Shown here piece after piece: positions 18,741 to 28,557 of a DNA stretch of 64,000 nucleotides. Each line of letters begins with the position of its first letter. The first letter of the stretch is position 1. Origin of the DNA: an uncultured virus (IMG/VR IMGVR_UViG_3300006620_000021) (Duplodnaviria; Heunggongvirae; Uroviricota; Caudoviricetes); the IMG/VR virus record IMGVR_UViG_3300006620_000021, one strand, 5' to 3'. A program made the translations under genes and the position numbers. Below the pieces are notes generated by a model. The model was not told where the DNA came from and made no database searches. It saw nothing but the letters and a program-made list of their open reading frames with translations.

Positions 18741-19145
18741 CTAGCTTTCTTTAAATAATCTTTCTAAGATCTCTTTAGTATCTTGTACATTACCGATTCT
18801 TCCCATCCTTCTGTTGATCTTTTGTCTAATTCCAGCGGGATCCTCTGAGTCAGTGAATTCTTTTGATTCTCTTAACCAAGATTGATACATCATAATCATT
18901 TCGATGTCTTTTGACTCACTCATTGTCATGACATCATCCATATCCAGTATAAACATATCATCCTTAGTTGTCTTTAACCAAGGTTCTAGTTTATATCCAA
19001 TACCACTTCTAACCTTTACTTCTGCGAATGTGATTGGATTGGATAGAAGTAGGAACGTTTTGGTATCTTCAGTGCAAGGAGATACTTTGGTGAATATCTC
19101 TTCTCCTGACTTCAATTTTATAGTTGCATAAAAATCATCTTCCAT
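18741..19145 (-). CDS. Conserved hypothetical protein, possible Sm-like fold
   Basis: YATIKLKSGEEIF...LEPW; lies between uvsW and gp55. Confidence 0.8.
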   Translation of the reverse strand: MEDDFYATIKLKSGEEIFTKVSPCTEDTKTFLLLSNPITFAEVKVRSGIGYKLEPWLKTTKDDMFILDMDDVMTMSESKDIEMIMMYQSWLRESKEFTDSEDPAGIRQKINRRMGRIGNVQDTKEILERLFKES

Positions 19146-19153
19146 GTATACCT

Positions 19154-20626
19154 CTACGTTTTTAGGTTGACACTAATAATGTCATAATTAAAGTTTTCTT
19201 CATTATAGATTTTGATTCTCTCTATAAAATGATTCAGTGTGTAATTTCTGCGTTGCTTGTTTGTACAATCATCAGATATATCGTACAACATTGCTTTTGT
19301 TTTGTTTTTACCCTTTCTTAAAACTCTACCAATAGATTGTAAATTTCTAATCCTAGATTTGCTCGGTGATGCAAATACAACGTTGTGTAAGTTTCTAATA
19401 TTTATACCTGTAGAAAATACTCCATACGATGCTACGATAATCGCATTGGTCTCCTGATCTACAATAGATCTGACTAATTCTCGTTCCTCAGTATTTACGC
19501 CACCATGAACGAAGAATACTTTTCTATCATCTTTTTTTGTAGAGTCTATTAGTTCAAATAAGGGTTTACCATGAGTTTCAACTCTTGAGAATAAAATCAA
19601 GGTATTACCTTTTAGATCTAAAGCAAGATTCTTAATGAAGTTATTTCTCTGATCATGTGTTATGATGTACTGAACTTCATCTTCATAAGAAGGGAATGTT
19701 TGAGGATTGTGCTTCAAGACTAAGCATGTAATATCTAGTTTAGATAAATGACCTTTTGCCATTAGTTCTGCAGTCTTGACAATCTTGTATGATGGTCCGA
19801 ATAAACCCTCTAGGACCCACTTATGAGTTTGTGTACCATCAAGCGTACCAGTAAATCCAAATCTATATTTTGCATGGTGAAGTTTTGACATTATAGATAT
19901 TAAGGACTTACTCTTAAATAAGTGCGCCTCATCACCAATAACTACATCAAAGTCTTCAAAGAATGATCGATCAAGTTTGTACACTGATTGCCATGTTGTA
20001 ATAACAACTGGTGCTTCAGAACTCTTCTCTCTGCCCGAATATATCTTATGGCAATATGACTCAGCATCCCAACCATAATCCTGGAAGTCCTTATACATCT
20101 GCTCTACAAGAGATGTCGTTGGAACAACTAAGAGGATTTTTTGTTGTTTATCTGAGTAGTACCGAACTACTGAATAGATCATCAACGATTTACCTGAGGC
20201 AGTCGGTGATATCAATAATTTTCTATTATGTCTTAGAGCATCGTATACTCCCTCAATTTGATAATCTCTAGGACGATACGATGTGATGGATGTCATATAA
20301 TCTTTGACACCCTCTCTTGATATACCCTCGTTTACTTCAAAGGGCATTCCATAATATTTGTTATCTTCAAAGGTGTAACTATAATTATACGTCTCGCAAA
20401 AATTGATAATTTTATCTAATAACCCAACGTATATTTGCTTCGATCTTAAGTCGAACAAATGTATCTCCCCATTCCAATTTTTACCTCTATATTGAGGCAT
20501 AAACTTTGCATTGGGAACTTCAAAAGTAAAGTGATCTCTTAACTCATATTGTATATGAGGTTCACACTGAATTTTTAAATATACCTCGTTTGATTTTTGA
20601 ATAATGACATCATACTGTTTATCCAT
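19154..20626 (-). CDS. uvsW: UvsW SF2 helicase
   Basis: PTASGKS, DEAH, TGT and QSIGRVLR. Confidence 0.96.
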   Translation of the reverse strand: MDKQYDVIIQKSNEVYLKIQCEPHIQYELRDHFTFEVPNAKFMPQYRGKNWNGEIHLFDLRSKQIYVGLLDKIINFCETYNYSYTFEDNKYYGMPFEVNEGISREGVKDYMTSITSYRPRDYQIEGVYDALRHNRKLLISPTASGKSLMIYSVVRYYSDKQQKILLVVPTTSLVEQMYKDFQDYGWDAESYCHKIYSGREKSSEAPVVITTWQSVYKLDRSFFEDFDVVIGDEAHLFKSKSLISIMSKLHHAKYRFGFTGTLDGTQTHKWVLEGLFGPSYKIVKTAELMAKGHLSKLDITCLVLKHNPQTFPSYEDEVQYIITHDQRNNFIKNLALDLKGNTLILFSRVETHGKPLFELIDSTKKDDRKVFFVHGGVNTEERELVRSIVDQETNAIIVASYGVFSTGINIRNLHNVVFASPSKSRIRNLQSIGRVLRKGKNKTKAMLYDISDDCTNKQRRNYTLNHFIERIKIYNEENFNYDIISVNLKT

Positions 20627-21056
20627 ATCCTGCCTGGAATTTTAAGAAGTCAATAGCATTTTTAATCTGATACGTTCTATTCTGTATCATCTTTAAAATA
20701 CTTTCCAGATAGTTCAATATAGTCTCATAGTATTCGACTTTTAAACTTATCTGTGATAATTTATCGTCAGCGTCGAGATATTTTTGAAGAGTATCTTTAT
20801 CTCTAATTTTTTTGGGAAATGGATTCTCTAGGTATACATCGGGATCCGCTTTACCTGAGAAGTATTCGTATCGTTCGTGTCTGACATTTTTGCGGGATTG
20901 CTCCGCCTTTTTCTTGAGAAGAACAACGGTGTTGTACATCTCAAAGTATTTAGCGTGTAACGCTGGGACTTTAATTGACTCATCATGTAGGTTATCCATA
21001 TCGATGTGAGAATCTTTTACCCACATCTTCTGGATTTCTTCAAGATCAAACATCAT
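20619..21056 (-). CDS. uvsY: UvsY recombination mediator
   Basis: DSHID..LH.ES..P.LH.KY...RTYQIKNAI; precedes uvsW. Confidence 0.9.
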   Translation of the reverse strand: MMFDLEEIQKMWVKDSHIDMDNLHDESIKVPALHAKYFEMYNTVVLLKKKAEQSRKNVRHERYEYFSGKADPDVYLENPFPKKIRDKDTLQKYLDADDKLSQISLKVEYYETILNYLESILKMIQNRTYQIKNAIDFLKFQAGYG

Positions 21057-21625
21057 AAAGGATCACCCTTTCCATTAGTTATATTATAGATAGTATACTT
21101 GAAAGACACCTCTGCAGTAAAGTAATCTGTGTCTTCGTTCGTAGCATCAAAAGTTAAATCTGACAAGTCGTAAGGGAACATATCATCAAAAACAACTTCA
21201 AACTGAACTCTATTGCTACTATTCATAACTTGTAGAGTTCCGTCCGAGTAGATATTCATAGACTGACTATCATACCCCATTCTCTGATCACCATCTCTTT
21301 GAAGATCAAAGATCTCTTTTAACGATTCTGGGTAACCCAAACCTCTCATCCATTTGTGAATCTGCATGTAGTTTTCCAGATTCTCATCAACGATGAACCT
21401 CAAAGTAAAATCGTTAAATTGAATCTTGTCACCTGGAATGTCTATATTTTTCAGGAAGGTTGGTTGCTCTGCAAGACCCAAGTTCATACCTGGAATGTTT
21501 GCTTGGTTTGCAAAGAATGAAACCTTTCTTGCTCGATTCAGAGTAAATCTAAATCCAACAGTTTGTAAAAAATTCCTATTTGCAACTTGGTGAGTGTATG
21601 CGTTTCCTACTCTGGATAATGCCAT
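21053..21625 (-). CDS. gp3: Tail completion / tube terminator protein (gp3)
   Basis: NFL..GFRF, ANIPG, PGDKI, FIVDENLENY, FKYT; synteny. Confidence 0.85.
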   Translation of the reverse strand: MALSRVGNAYTHQVANRNFLQTVGFRFTLNRARKVSFFANQANIPGMNLGLAEQPTFLKNIDIPGDKIQFNDFTLRFIVDENLENYMQIHKWMRGLGYPESLKEIFDLQRDGDQRMGYDSQSMNIYSDGTLQVMNSSNRVQFEVVFDDMFPYDLSDLTFDATNEDTDYFTAEVSFKYTIYNITNGKGDPL

Positions 21626-21629
21626 CAGA

Positions 21630-22235
21630 TTAACATCCGTTTACTGCTTTTGATACTTCACCACCAACACTAGATCCAACGTTTTGTCCAAGTAGCGTTG
21701 CCCATCCTGCTGCTAACCAACCAACATATGGAATAGCAGTGAGAGTTGGGGCAAGTCCTGCGGTCATGCTAGCACCGACCATTCCTCCTGTTGACTGCCC
21801 AGCGCCCTCCGACTTGATGCATGCGATGTCTCCCGCACTTAGACCTTTCGACTTTCCCGATGCAGAATCTTCTACATTGGTATTCATTGCACCTTCTGCA
21901 GTGTACTCGCGTATTAACACTGTAGTTCTCTTCTCATGTCCAGTAGACTTTTTACCAAAGAATCCACTATCGCTATGAATCTTATCTAGATCAAGAGTCT
22001 CTGTTGTGGTTAAAGTCTTGGGATCGTTTGCGTTATATTTAAGTTTATATCCTTCTTTGTCAACCTCTACGTTGTAAGAAGTGTATGGTCCCGTAGGAAG
22101 ATTGATTGCAGGATACTGTGGTCTCGATGCATACTTGTCTGTCATTTGCATCATATGTCCTAAAATACCTATATGTGCAATCCCAACTACAGTACCTACG
22201 CTCAATACAGCCCACTTGAATAATGGTGTTTTCAT
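21630..22235 (-). CDS. Membrane-associated hypothetical protein with C-terminal glycine zipper, 201 aa
   Basis: Starts MKTPLFKWAVLSVG after a late promoter; N-terminal hydrophobic helix and GxxxG-rich tail. Confidence 0.75.
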   Translation of the reverse strand: MKTPLFKWAVLSVGTVVGIAHIGILGHMMQMTDKYASRPQYPAINLPTGPYTSYNVEVDKEGYKLKYNANDPKTLTTTETLDLDKIHSDSGFFGKKSTGHEKRTTVLIREYTAEGAMNTNVEDSASGKSKGLSAGDIACIKSEGAGQSTGGMVGASMTAGLAPTLTAIPYVGWLAAGWATLLGQNVGSSVGGEVSKAVNGC

Positions 22236-22267
22236 TAGTCTAGCGTATAGAGTATATTTATTTAGAC

Positions 22268-22293
22268 AAAAAAAGAGACCCTTGCGGGTCTCT
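22268..22293 (-). terminator. Terminator after gp23
   Basis: AGAGACCC-GCAA-GGGTCTCT followed by a T run. Confidence 0.92.
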
Positions 22294-22317
22294 GGTACAG
22301 ATTGTGAATCCAATGGA

Positions 22318-23721
22318 TCACATAAGGTTCTTGATTTGAACTCTTCTGTAGTAACGGTTCTGGTTAACCTTGAGGCGACCAAGACCTTGATCAGCGCCTT
22401 CAGCGAATGGGTTAGCAACGAGACCATAACGGGTCTTGAAGCCAATCTTGGGCTGGAAGGTGTTCTCGCCAACGGCACGAACCATCTGAAGAGGAACGTA
22501 TGGGCAATAGAACAGACCTGCGTCATAAGGGGAAGTACCCTTGTAACCAACAACGTAGTACTGCTGAGCAGCAACGTTAGCAGCATATGGGTCAATATAG
22601 ACTCTATACTTGCCAAGCAGAACACCAGCGAAGGTGTTGCCAGTGTCATCAACGTTGAGGTTAGCGTTGAGTGCAGGGGTGTAGTCAAGTACACCAGCCA
22701 TGGACAGTGCAGAAGCAACGTCGGCGGAGCACATGATTACGTTGCCCTTTCCTCTACGAGTTCTTTGGGCGATAGCGTTAGCATCGCGCTCGATTTGGAA
22801 GAGCAGACCTTTGAACTTCTCAACAGACCAACGTCCGTTGGAGTCGATGTCCAGGTCAAATACACCAGCGGTAGCAGTGTTAGCAGCAGCGCCTTGCTCA
22901 GCAACCTTGTAGATGGTTCTGATAACTTCACGGTTGATCTCAGCCAGAATCTCAGTAGAGAGAATGTTGGCGAGTTCCGCTTCAGCGTTCAGACCATGGA
23001 TTGCCTTAAGGTCTTGAGCAAGCTCAAGGCTGTATTCTGCCTTCAGTGCTCTGGACTTGGCTTCAACAAGAACCTTCTCGATAGAGAATGCCATCTCGTT
23101 GAACTGATTGCCCGTGCCATTGCCCAGGTTCTCAGCATCGCCAGTCTTCATACCTTGACCTACGTTGTAGGAGGTAGAAACTGCAGTACCAACAGGGTTC
23201 AGGAGACCAGGGTTAGAACCAGACTGGCTGGTAGTACCCATACCTGCAACGCCATCAGAGAATCCAGCGTCCTCGTCAAGACCATCGCCCTGACCAGAGA
23301 ATGCGGTATCAACTTCGTCGTAGAAGGTCTCGCTTCCGCTTTGGTTGGTGTAGCGGGAACGCATTGCAAAGATGAGTCCAGTAGGACCACTCATTGGTTG
23401 AACGCCTGCGAGGTCATATGCGACCAGGTTAGGCATTGCGCGTCTGATCAGGGAGATCAGAACAGGATCGAAACCAGCAACAGGACCACCTGCGGCTGCG
23501 TCACCACCGAATCCACCACCAGCACCAGCAGCATTACCTGCGTTGGTTGGGGTTTCGTTCAGGATTCCGCCTTGGAATGCTTGTTGTTCACGAAGGAACT
23601 TTTCTTGGTTTTCTAACAGGACAGCGGTTACTGCTCTTCTGTGGTTATCCTTGATAGGATCAATACCATCATAGTCGAGAAGTGGTGCCCACTTTTCCTG
23701 CAGATGCTCGGATTGGAACAT
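22318..23721 (-). CDS. gp23: Major capsid protein (gp23)
   Basis: LIRRAMPNL..D..GVQPM.GPTG, SRALKAEYS.ELAQDLKA.HG and FQPKIGFKTRYG. Confidence 0.99.
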   Translation of the reverse strand: MFQSEHLQEKWAPLLDYDGIDPIKDNHRRAVTAVLLENQEKFLREQQAFQGGILNETPTNAGNAAGAGGGFGGDAAAGGPVAGFDPVLISLIRRAMPNLVAYDLAGVQPMSGPTGLIFAMRSRYTNQSGSETFYDEVDTAFSGQGDGLDEDAGFSDGVAGMGTTSQSGSNPGLLNPVGTAVSTSYNVGQGMKTGDAENLGNGTGNQFNEMAFSIEKVLVEAKSRALKAEYSLELAQDLKAIHGLNAEAELANILSTEILAEINREVIRTIYKVAEQGAAANTATAGVFDLDIDSNGRWSVEKFKGLLFQIERDANAIAQRTRRGKGNVIMCSADVASALSMAGVLDYTPALNANLNVDDTGNTFAGVLLGKYRVYIDPYAANVAAQQYYVVGYKGTSPYDAGLFYCPYVPLQMVRAVGENTFQPKIGFKTRYGLVANPFAEGADQGLGRLKVNQNRYYRRVQIKNLM

Positions 23722-23765
23722 TTGCTTTTTACCTTAATAGTTTACGGGTTTGAATAATTAATAAA

Positions 23766-24953
23766 TCACTTTTTGCTAACAGCACCAAGCGTTCTGAGAT
23801 AGTTATTCATGTAGTCAGGAGTATGTCCTGCTGCATCAATATCTACTTCCTCAGACAGATTCTCGGTCTGCGCTTTTGGAGTTTTCTGCGCTGAGAAGTA
23901 AGACTCCTTCAGCATCTCCAGTTTCTCACGATACTTTTCGCCACTTTCAAACTCTACACTTTCGGCAAGTGAGGCGAGCTTCTCTTTTTGACTGAGGGCA
24001 AGACCTTCAGCTACTTCATCAAAGATACCATCAGCAACCGACTCAGAGAGGCGGGAGTTGAGTGTAATATTCTTTTCGATTTGCTCGTTGAGTTTTGTCT
24101 CCATTTCATCAAGTTTTTCTACCATGCTCTCAAGCACATCATATTTTTCTTCAGGGACGGATACATAATGTTCTTCAAAAAGACTCTTCATGCCAGACAT
24201 GAAGGATTCAGTCATTTCAGACTTAAGTCCACTTTCAATGGCAAGTCTGTTTTCTGTTACCCATTCATCGGCAACATACTCAAGATAAGAGTCTACTCTT
24301 TCTTCAAGAGCACTCTTGATCTCATCTACTTCTTCTACGAGACGTTGCTCGTATGCTTCGTCATAAGCGGCAACCATTCCTTCCTTGATCTCTTCGACCT
24401 TAGAACGGAGTGCTGCCTCAAAGATGGTGCGAGCTTTTTCTTGGAATTCTTCCGAGAGCTCTTCACCTGAGAGGAGAGCATCGACATCTTCAGAGACATC
24501 AAACTCTTCCTCTTGAACCTCATCTGCCTCAGCGACAACTTCTTCTTCAGAAGCTTCATCTTCTTCAGATACAACTTCGTCTTCAGAAGACTCTTCTTCA
24601 GCGACGACTTCCTCTTCAGGAGCGTCTTCGCCCTCTTCGATTACCTCTTCAGAGTCGAGTTCTTCTTCTTCCTTCATACCCTTCATCGCATCAGCTGCTT
24701 TCGCACCTTTGTTTACAACATCCTTAACTTGCTTAAGGGTTGCGCCAGGAGTTTTAAGCTTAGCTGACTCGTCATCCGACTTATAGTTGTCTGGGGTAGG
24801 ACCACCAAGATCTTCGTAAGATCCAGTTTGACCTGCTACTGCGCCAGGAGCAAGCTTCTGCATTGGATCCCCTGCCTTTGCGCCAGCATTGACAGCGGTC
24901 TTGGATTGAGTTGTGCCTGCTTCCATTTCCTGTAAATTGTTGTCACTAGACAT
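23766..24953 (-). CDS. gp22: Prohead core scaffold protein (gp22)
   Basis: Acidic coiled coil with FEAA and YLEYVADEW..EN.LAIE; synteny. Confidence 0.93.
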   Translation of the reverse strand: MSSDNNLQEMEAGTTQSKTAVNAGAKAGDPMQKLAPGAVAGQTGSYEDLGGPTPDNYKSDDESAKLKTPGATLKQVKDVVNKGAKAADAMKGMKEEEELDSEEVIEEGEDAPEEEVVAEEESSEDEVVSEEDEASEEEVVAEADEVQEEEFDVSEDVDALLSGEELSEEFQEKARTIFEAALRSKVEEIKEGMVAAYDEAYEQRLVEEVDEIKSALEERVDSYLEYVADEWVTENRLAIESGLKSEMTESFMSGMKSLFEEHYVSVPEEKYDVLESMVEKLDEMETKLNEQIEKNITLNSRLSESVADGIFDEVAEGLALSQKEKLASLAESVEFESGEKYREKLEMLKESYFSAQKTPKAQTENLSEEVDIDAAGHTPDYMNNYLRTLGAVSKK

Positions 24954-24992
24954 TTGAGACTCTCCGATTAACCTTTGTAATTTAATCTATAT

Positions 24993-25000
24993 TTATTTAG
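24993..25000 (-). promoter_or_regulatory. Late promoter before gp22
   Basis: CTAAATAA; the TAAATA core also recurs upstream of gp8, gp18, gp19, gp20 and other late genes. Confidence 0.65.
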
Positions 25001-25037
25001 TATTTTGAACAGTTACGTTACATATATAGCGTTTAGT

Positions 25038-25691
25038 TCAAAGAGAATTTAAGAAGTCGTCAAATAAACCCAACTTCTTCTCTTCTAAAACTCTGCTTGC
25101 TGCAGCAGATTCGATCCTTTGACGAGTTTGTTGTGCGAGGTGTTCACGTAGAATTCCACCATCCCAAACCCATTCTTTACCTTCCATAATTCCCTGAACA
25201 AAAGCATCAGGTGCAGATGGATCTGCAACAATATCAGCAGCAGTTGCTAACATGAAATCTTCACCAACTTCTTTATAACCAGACTTCACATTGTCTCTCA
25301 GAGATCCAATGCCACGAGAGGAAACGCCGAGGGTCACACCATCTTTAAGGAGTGCCTCTGCAATCTTACCCATTGGGGTATGAAGAATCTGAGCTTTACC
25401 GATAAAGTTATTACCGCTCTGCTTTAGTTCAGTAATTTTATGAGAAACTCTATCGAGGTTTACCGTGGGACCATCAGGATGCCCAAGTTCACCAAGAGCT
25501 CTGCCCTTCTCAACATAGTCTTTAGAGTATCTCTTTACTTCTCTTTCCATAATTGGAAAGGGATACATCCTACCATTACGGTTGACCATTTCACTTTGAA
25601 GGAACACGCCCTTAATGAACATGTTCTTCTTACCATTAACAGTTTCAGTGAGAACTTCTACCTTCTCAATCTCTTCTCTTATGAGTTTCAT
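25038..25691 (-). CDS. gp21: Prohead protease (gp21)
   Basis: NRNGRMY, ALGELGHP, GVSSRG and DIVADPSAPDA. Confidence 0.97.
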   Translation of the reverse strand: MKLIREEIEKVEVLTETVNGKKNMFIKGVFLQSEMVNRNGRMYPFPIMEREVKRYSKDYVEKGRALGELGHPDGPTVNLDRVSHKITELKQSGNNFIGKAQILHTPMGKIAEALLKDGVTLGVSSRGIGSLRDNVKSGYKEVGEDFMLATAADIVADPSAPDAFVQGIMEGKEWVWDGGILREHLAQQTRQRIESAAASRVLEEKKLGLFDDFLNSL

Positions 25692-25717
25692 CTGCTCATC
25701 GTGATTGGTTATTTAGT

Positions 25718-25725
25718 TATTTATA
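25718..25725 (-). promoter_or_regulatory. T4-consensus late promoter
   Basis: Exact TATAAATA upstream of gp21. Confidence 0.8.
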
Positions 25726-25729
25726 ATAC

Positions 25730-25900
25730 TCACTCTTCGTCGGAATCTTCCGAATCTGCAGTAAACATGCTATTATTAATTTCTGGTCTTATACCTTCTA
25801 CTTTCCCAGCAGATTTGGTATAAAGAATTTCTTTGATTTTATCAGAGACGCTAGATGAAGACTCGTCGCTGATGATCATGTCCAAAAGATCTTGATCCAT
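25730..25900 (-). CDS. Small acidic prohead-core-like protein, 56 aa (gp67/68 position; not in ORF track)
   Basis: MDQDLLDMIISDESSSSVSDKIKEILYTKSAGKVEGIRPEINNSMFTADSEDSDEE with AAGGAG SD. Confidence 0.75.
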   Translation of the reverse strand: MDQDLLDMIISDESSSSVSDKIKEILYTKSAGKVEGIRPEINNSMFTADSEDSDEE

Positions 25901-25909
25901 TGTTCTCCT

Positions 25910-25933
25910 TAAATAGAAATACTTAGTTATTTA
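25910..25933. promoter_or_regulatory. Face-to-face pair of late promoters
   Basis: TAAATA (plus, 25910-25915) and TATTTA (minus-strand TAAATA, 25928-25933), 12 nt apart. Confidence 0.55.
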
Positions 25934-25934
25934 G

Positions 25935-26873
25935 ATGTTAAACTTACCCACTGTTTATTATACAAATGTAGACAGAAAAACTGACCGTAAAGAATATATG
26001 GAATCTCAGTTTAAATCTATGGGGATTCCGTATGAACGGATTAACATGCCATCTTTTCCTAGGCAAGTTCCGCAAGAGTTTTTAGATCGTTTAGATGGCA
26101 ACTATGGACCATCAACGTCACATTGGATAAATTTATACGGTTCCCAACTATTTGAATTTATGGATGAGTGGATGAGAACCACAGATGATCCATACTTATT
26201 GTTGATGGAAGATGATTATGATTTATCTCTACTTCCAAAATGTCAATTTGATTGGGATGAATTTATTGATAGACTTCCATATGACTGGGATTCTATTCAA
26301 CTGGGATTTGAAACTACTGATATAATTCCGTTCTACTTACATCCAACACAACCAGAATATTCTTTGGGTGCTTCACTTTTGCATAGATCATATGTTGATA
26401 AATTAGTTAATCTACATTATCGCAATGATAAATTTAAATTTGACTATACTATAGCGAATGCAATTTACTTGAATAGGGAATCTGGTATACATGATGATAA
26501 GGATTATTCAAATACATCTGGGGGTCCAGATTATTATATAAACCAAGCAGGTAAATCATATTCAATTCCGATAATTCCAATAAATCCATATCTTGCAGGT
26601 ATAAGTCATCAAGGACCATATGGTGAATTGCAATGGGAACCAAAAATTAGTTTTGTAAAATGTATAGAGGCATATCATGAATGGTGGAGAAATGACTCAG
26701 ATAAATTTTCTTTAGATGAGTTATTTACATTTGGAAAGGATAATGATATTCTGATGCAAAGGGATGTGTCAACGTGGTCAGATAAATATTTTTTTAAAGA
26801 AGCAAATAAAGTTGGAAACGCATACCATGAAAACCCTGTATCTGTTCCAACCACAACACGAGATTATAATTAA
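25935..26873 (+). CDS. Glycosyltransferase, family 25-like
   Basis: YYTNVDRKTDRKEYMESQF N-terminus, LLMEDD and WDSIQLG motifs. Confidence 0.75.
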   Translation: MLNLPTVYYTNVDRKTDRKEYMESQFKSMGIPYERINMPSFPRQVPQEFLDRLDGNYGPSTSHWINLYGSQLFEFMDEWMRTTDDPYLLLMEDDYDLSLLPKCQFDWDEFIDRLPYDWDSIQLGFETTDIIPFYLHPTQPEYSLGASLLHRSYVDKLVNLHYRNDKFKFDYTIANAIYLNRESGIHDDKDYSNTSGGPDYYINQAGKSYSIPIIPINPYLAGISHQGPYGELQWEPKISFVKCIEAYHEWWRNDSDKFSLDELFTFGKDNDILMQRDVSTWSDKYFFKEANKVGNAYHENPVSVPTTTRDYN

Positions 26874-28557
26874 AGATGTAAAGAATTATTGGTTACCCTA
26901 TGCCATAGGTTGTCTATGGAGTTATGTAAAGGATAACGTAGATGGATATGAATTGGGTGGACTTATCTTTAAAAGAGATAGTATTGAAGATGTCCTCAAA
27001 GAAATAAAAGATCCAGACGTTTGTGCATTTAGCACATATATTTGGAACGAACAATACAATTTGAAGTTAGCACAAGAAATTAAACGTAAGTATCCAAATT
27101 GTATTATAGAATTTGGTGGACCTCAGACAACTAAAAAATTAGTTGAATTGGATTATGTTGATTGTGTTATTCTTGGTGAGGGTGAGCGAGATTTTGTAGA
27201 TCTACTTGATAGAGTAAAGAATTCAAAACCAATACAATCAATATATGAAAGAGTTCAACTAGAAGAACTTCATTACACTAGTCCATACACTTCTGGAGTC
27301 TTCGATGATCTTGTGAGTAAATATCCAGATTATGTCTGGGCAACCTTAGTTGAAACTACTAGGGGATGTCCACATCATTGTACTTTTTGTGATTGGGGTA
27401 CATGGATGAAGAAGATAAAAAAATTTGATATAGATCAAGTAGAGAAAGATATTAACTGGATGTCTACAAATCGTGTTGGGTTTTTGATGGTTGCTGATGC
27501 TAATTTTGGAATCTTTGCTGAGCGTGATTTAAAAATTGCAAAGATGCTGAGAAAAGCGGCGGATCATCCAGATGCAATTATTGATGATCTAACAGTTCAA
27601 TACACAAAGAATGCAACTGATGTTGTCTTTGATATTAGTGAAGCACTTGGATCATATGACAGACGTGGTGTCAGTATGAGTGTTCAGTCCATGAATGGTC
27701 CTACACTACGTGCAATCAAAAGACAGAACAACACAAAAAATGTAGAATTTGTAAGGAAGGCAAGAGATAGGAATCTCAATGTATATACAGAACTGATCTT
27801 AGGATTGCCAGAAGAAACACTGGAGTCTTGGAAAACAGGCATTTGTACTTTGCTTGATCATGGGCAAGACAGTATTGATGTTTGGTTTTGTCAAGTATTT
27901 GGTAATACCGAATTAAATATGAATAGAGATAAGTATGGTATTACAGTAGTTAACGCAGAGGATTATGTATCTTTTACAAACAAAAAGGATACCGTAAAGG
28001 AGATTGTTGAAATTGTTAATAAGACAAACTCAATGTCAACAGAACAAATGATTGAAGCGTATTTGTATTCTTGGTTAATAATTCAATTTCATATCAACGG
28101 TTACTCTGAGGTGTTATCAAATTATCTTCATAGAACATTTGACATAAGTTATCGTAAATTCTATGATAACTTATACTTATATGTAAATAACGATAAAACT
28201 ATATTTGGTAATTACTTTAGACAATTAAAAGAAAGGATAACCGAATATCTGACTTCGGGTAAAATTATATCCAGCAAAGATACTGGTCATACTCTTGAAC
28301 TTAGTATGGGTACAGACTTTGACTTCTTTTGGTCAAATAAAGATTTGGCAATATACTTTGCAAAGGAGGGATGTGGAATGGAGATACCTGAAGACATATA
28401 TCAACTTCAGAGAAACTACATATATAACCCAGAGGATAACTATCCTAAAATTGTGGACGATTATTTGATAACTAATGCTAGACTAGAAGAAGAACGCAAT
28501 GATATCTGGACACTAAAAAGAAAAAATCTTTTGAAGAATAAAGTTGAATTTCTATGA
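26827..28557 (+). CDS. Cobalamin-binding radical SAM enzyme 1 (576 aa from MKTLY)
   Basis: N-terminal B12-binding-like domain (AFSTYIWN, FGGPQ, GEGE); ETTRGCPHHCTFCDW (CxxxCxxC), DANFG, ELILGLPEET. Confidence 0.9.
   Translation: MKTLYLFQPQHEIIIKDVKNYWLPYAIGCLWSYVKDNVDGYELGGLIFKRDSIEDVLKEIKDPDVCAFSTYIWNEQYNLKLAQEIKRKYPNCIIEFGGPQTTKKLVELDYVDCVILGEGERDFVDLLDRVKNSKPIQSIYERVQLEELHYTSPYTSGVFDDLVSKYPDYVWATLVETTRGCPHHCTFCDWGTWMKKIKKFDIDQVEKDINWMSTNRVGFLMVADANFGIFAERDLKIAKMLRKAADHPDAIIDDLTVQYTKNATDVVFDISEALGSYDRRGVSMSVQSMNGPTLRAIKRQNNTKNVEFVRKARDRNLNVYTELILGLPEETLESWKTGICTLLDHGQDSIDVWFCQVFGNTELNMNRDKYGITVVNAEDYVSFTNKKDTVKEIVEIVNKTNSMSTEQMIEAYLYSWLIIQFHINGYSEVLSNYLHRTFDISYRKFYDNLYLYVNNDKTIFGNYFRQLKERITEYLTSGKIISSKDTGHTLELSMGTDFDFFWSNKDLAIYFAKEGCGMEIPEDIYQLQRNYIYNPEDNYPKIVDDYLITNARLEEERNDIWTLKRKNLLKNKVEFL

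Noticed and set aside
22236..22718. N-terminal extension of the 362-aa ORF overlapping gp23 in the +1 frame (possible capsid frameshift extension)
   Set aside because: It would have to cross a strong terminator, no shift signal was seen, and the downstream gene has its own late promoter and ATG at 22235.
22081..23616. 511-aa plus-strand ORF
   Set aside because: It is the antisense shadow of gp23, explained by strong codon bias; no recognisable motifs.
26764..26826. Upstream GTG start for radical SAM enzyme 1
   Set aside because: Alignment with the paralog's N-terminus places the start at ATG 26827.
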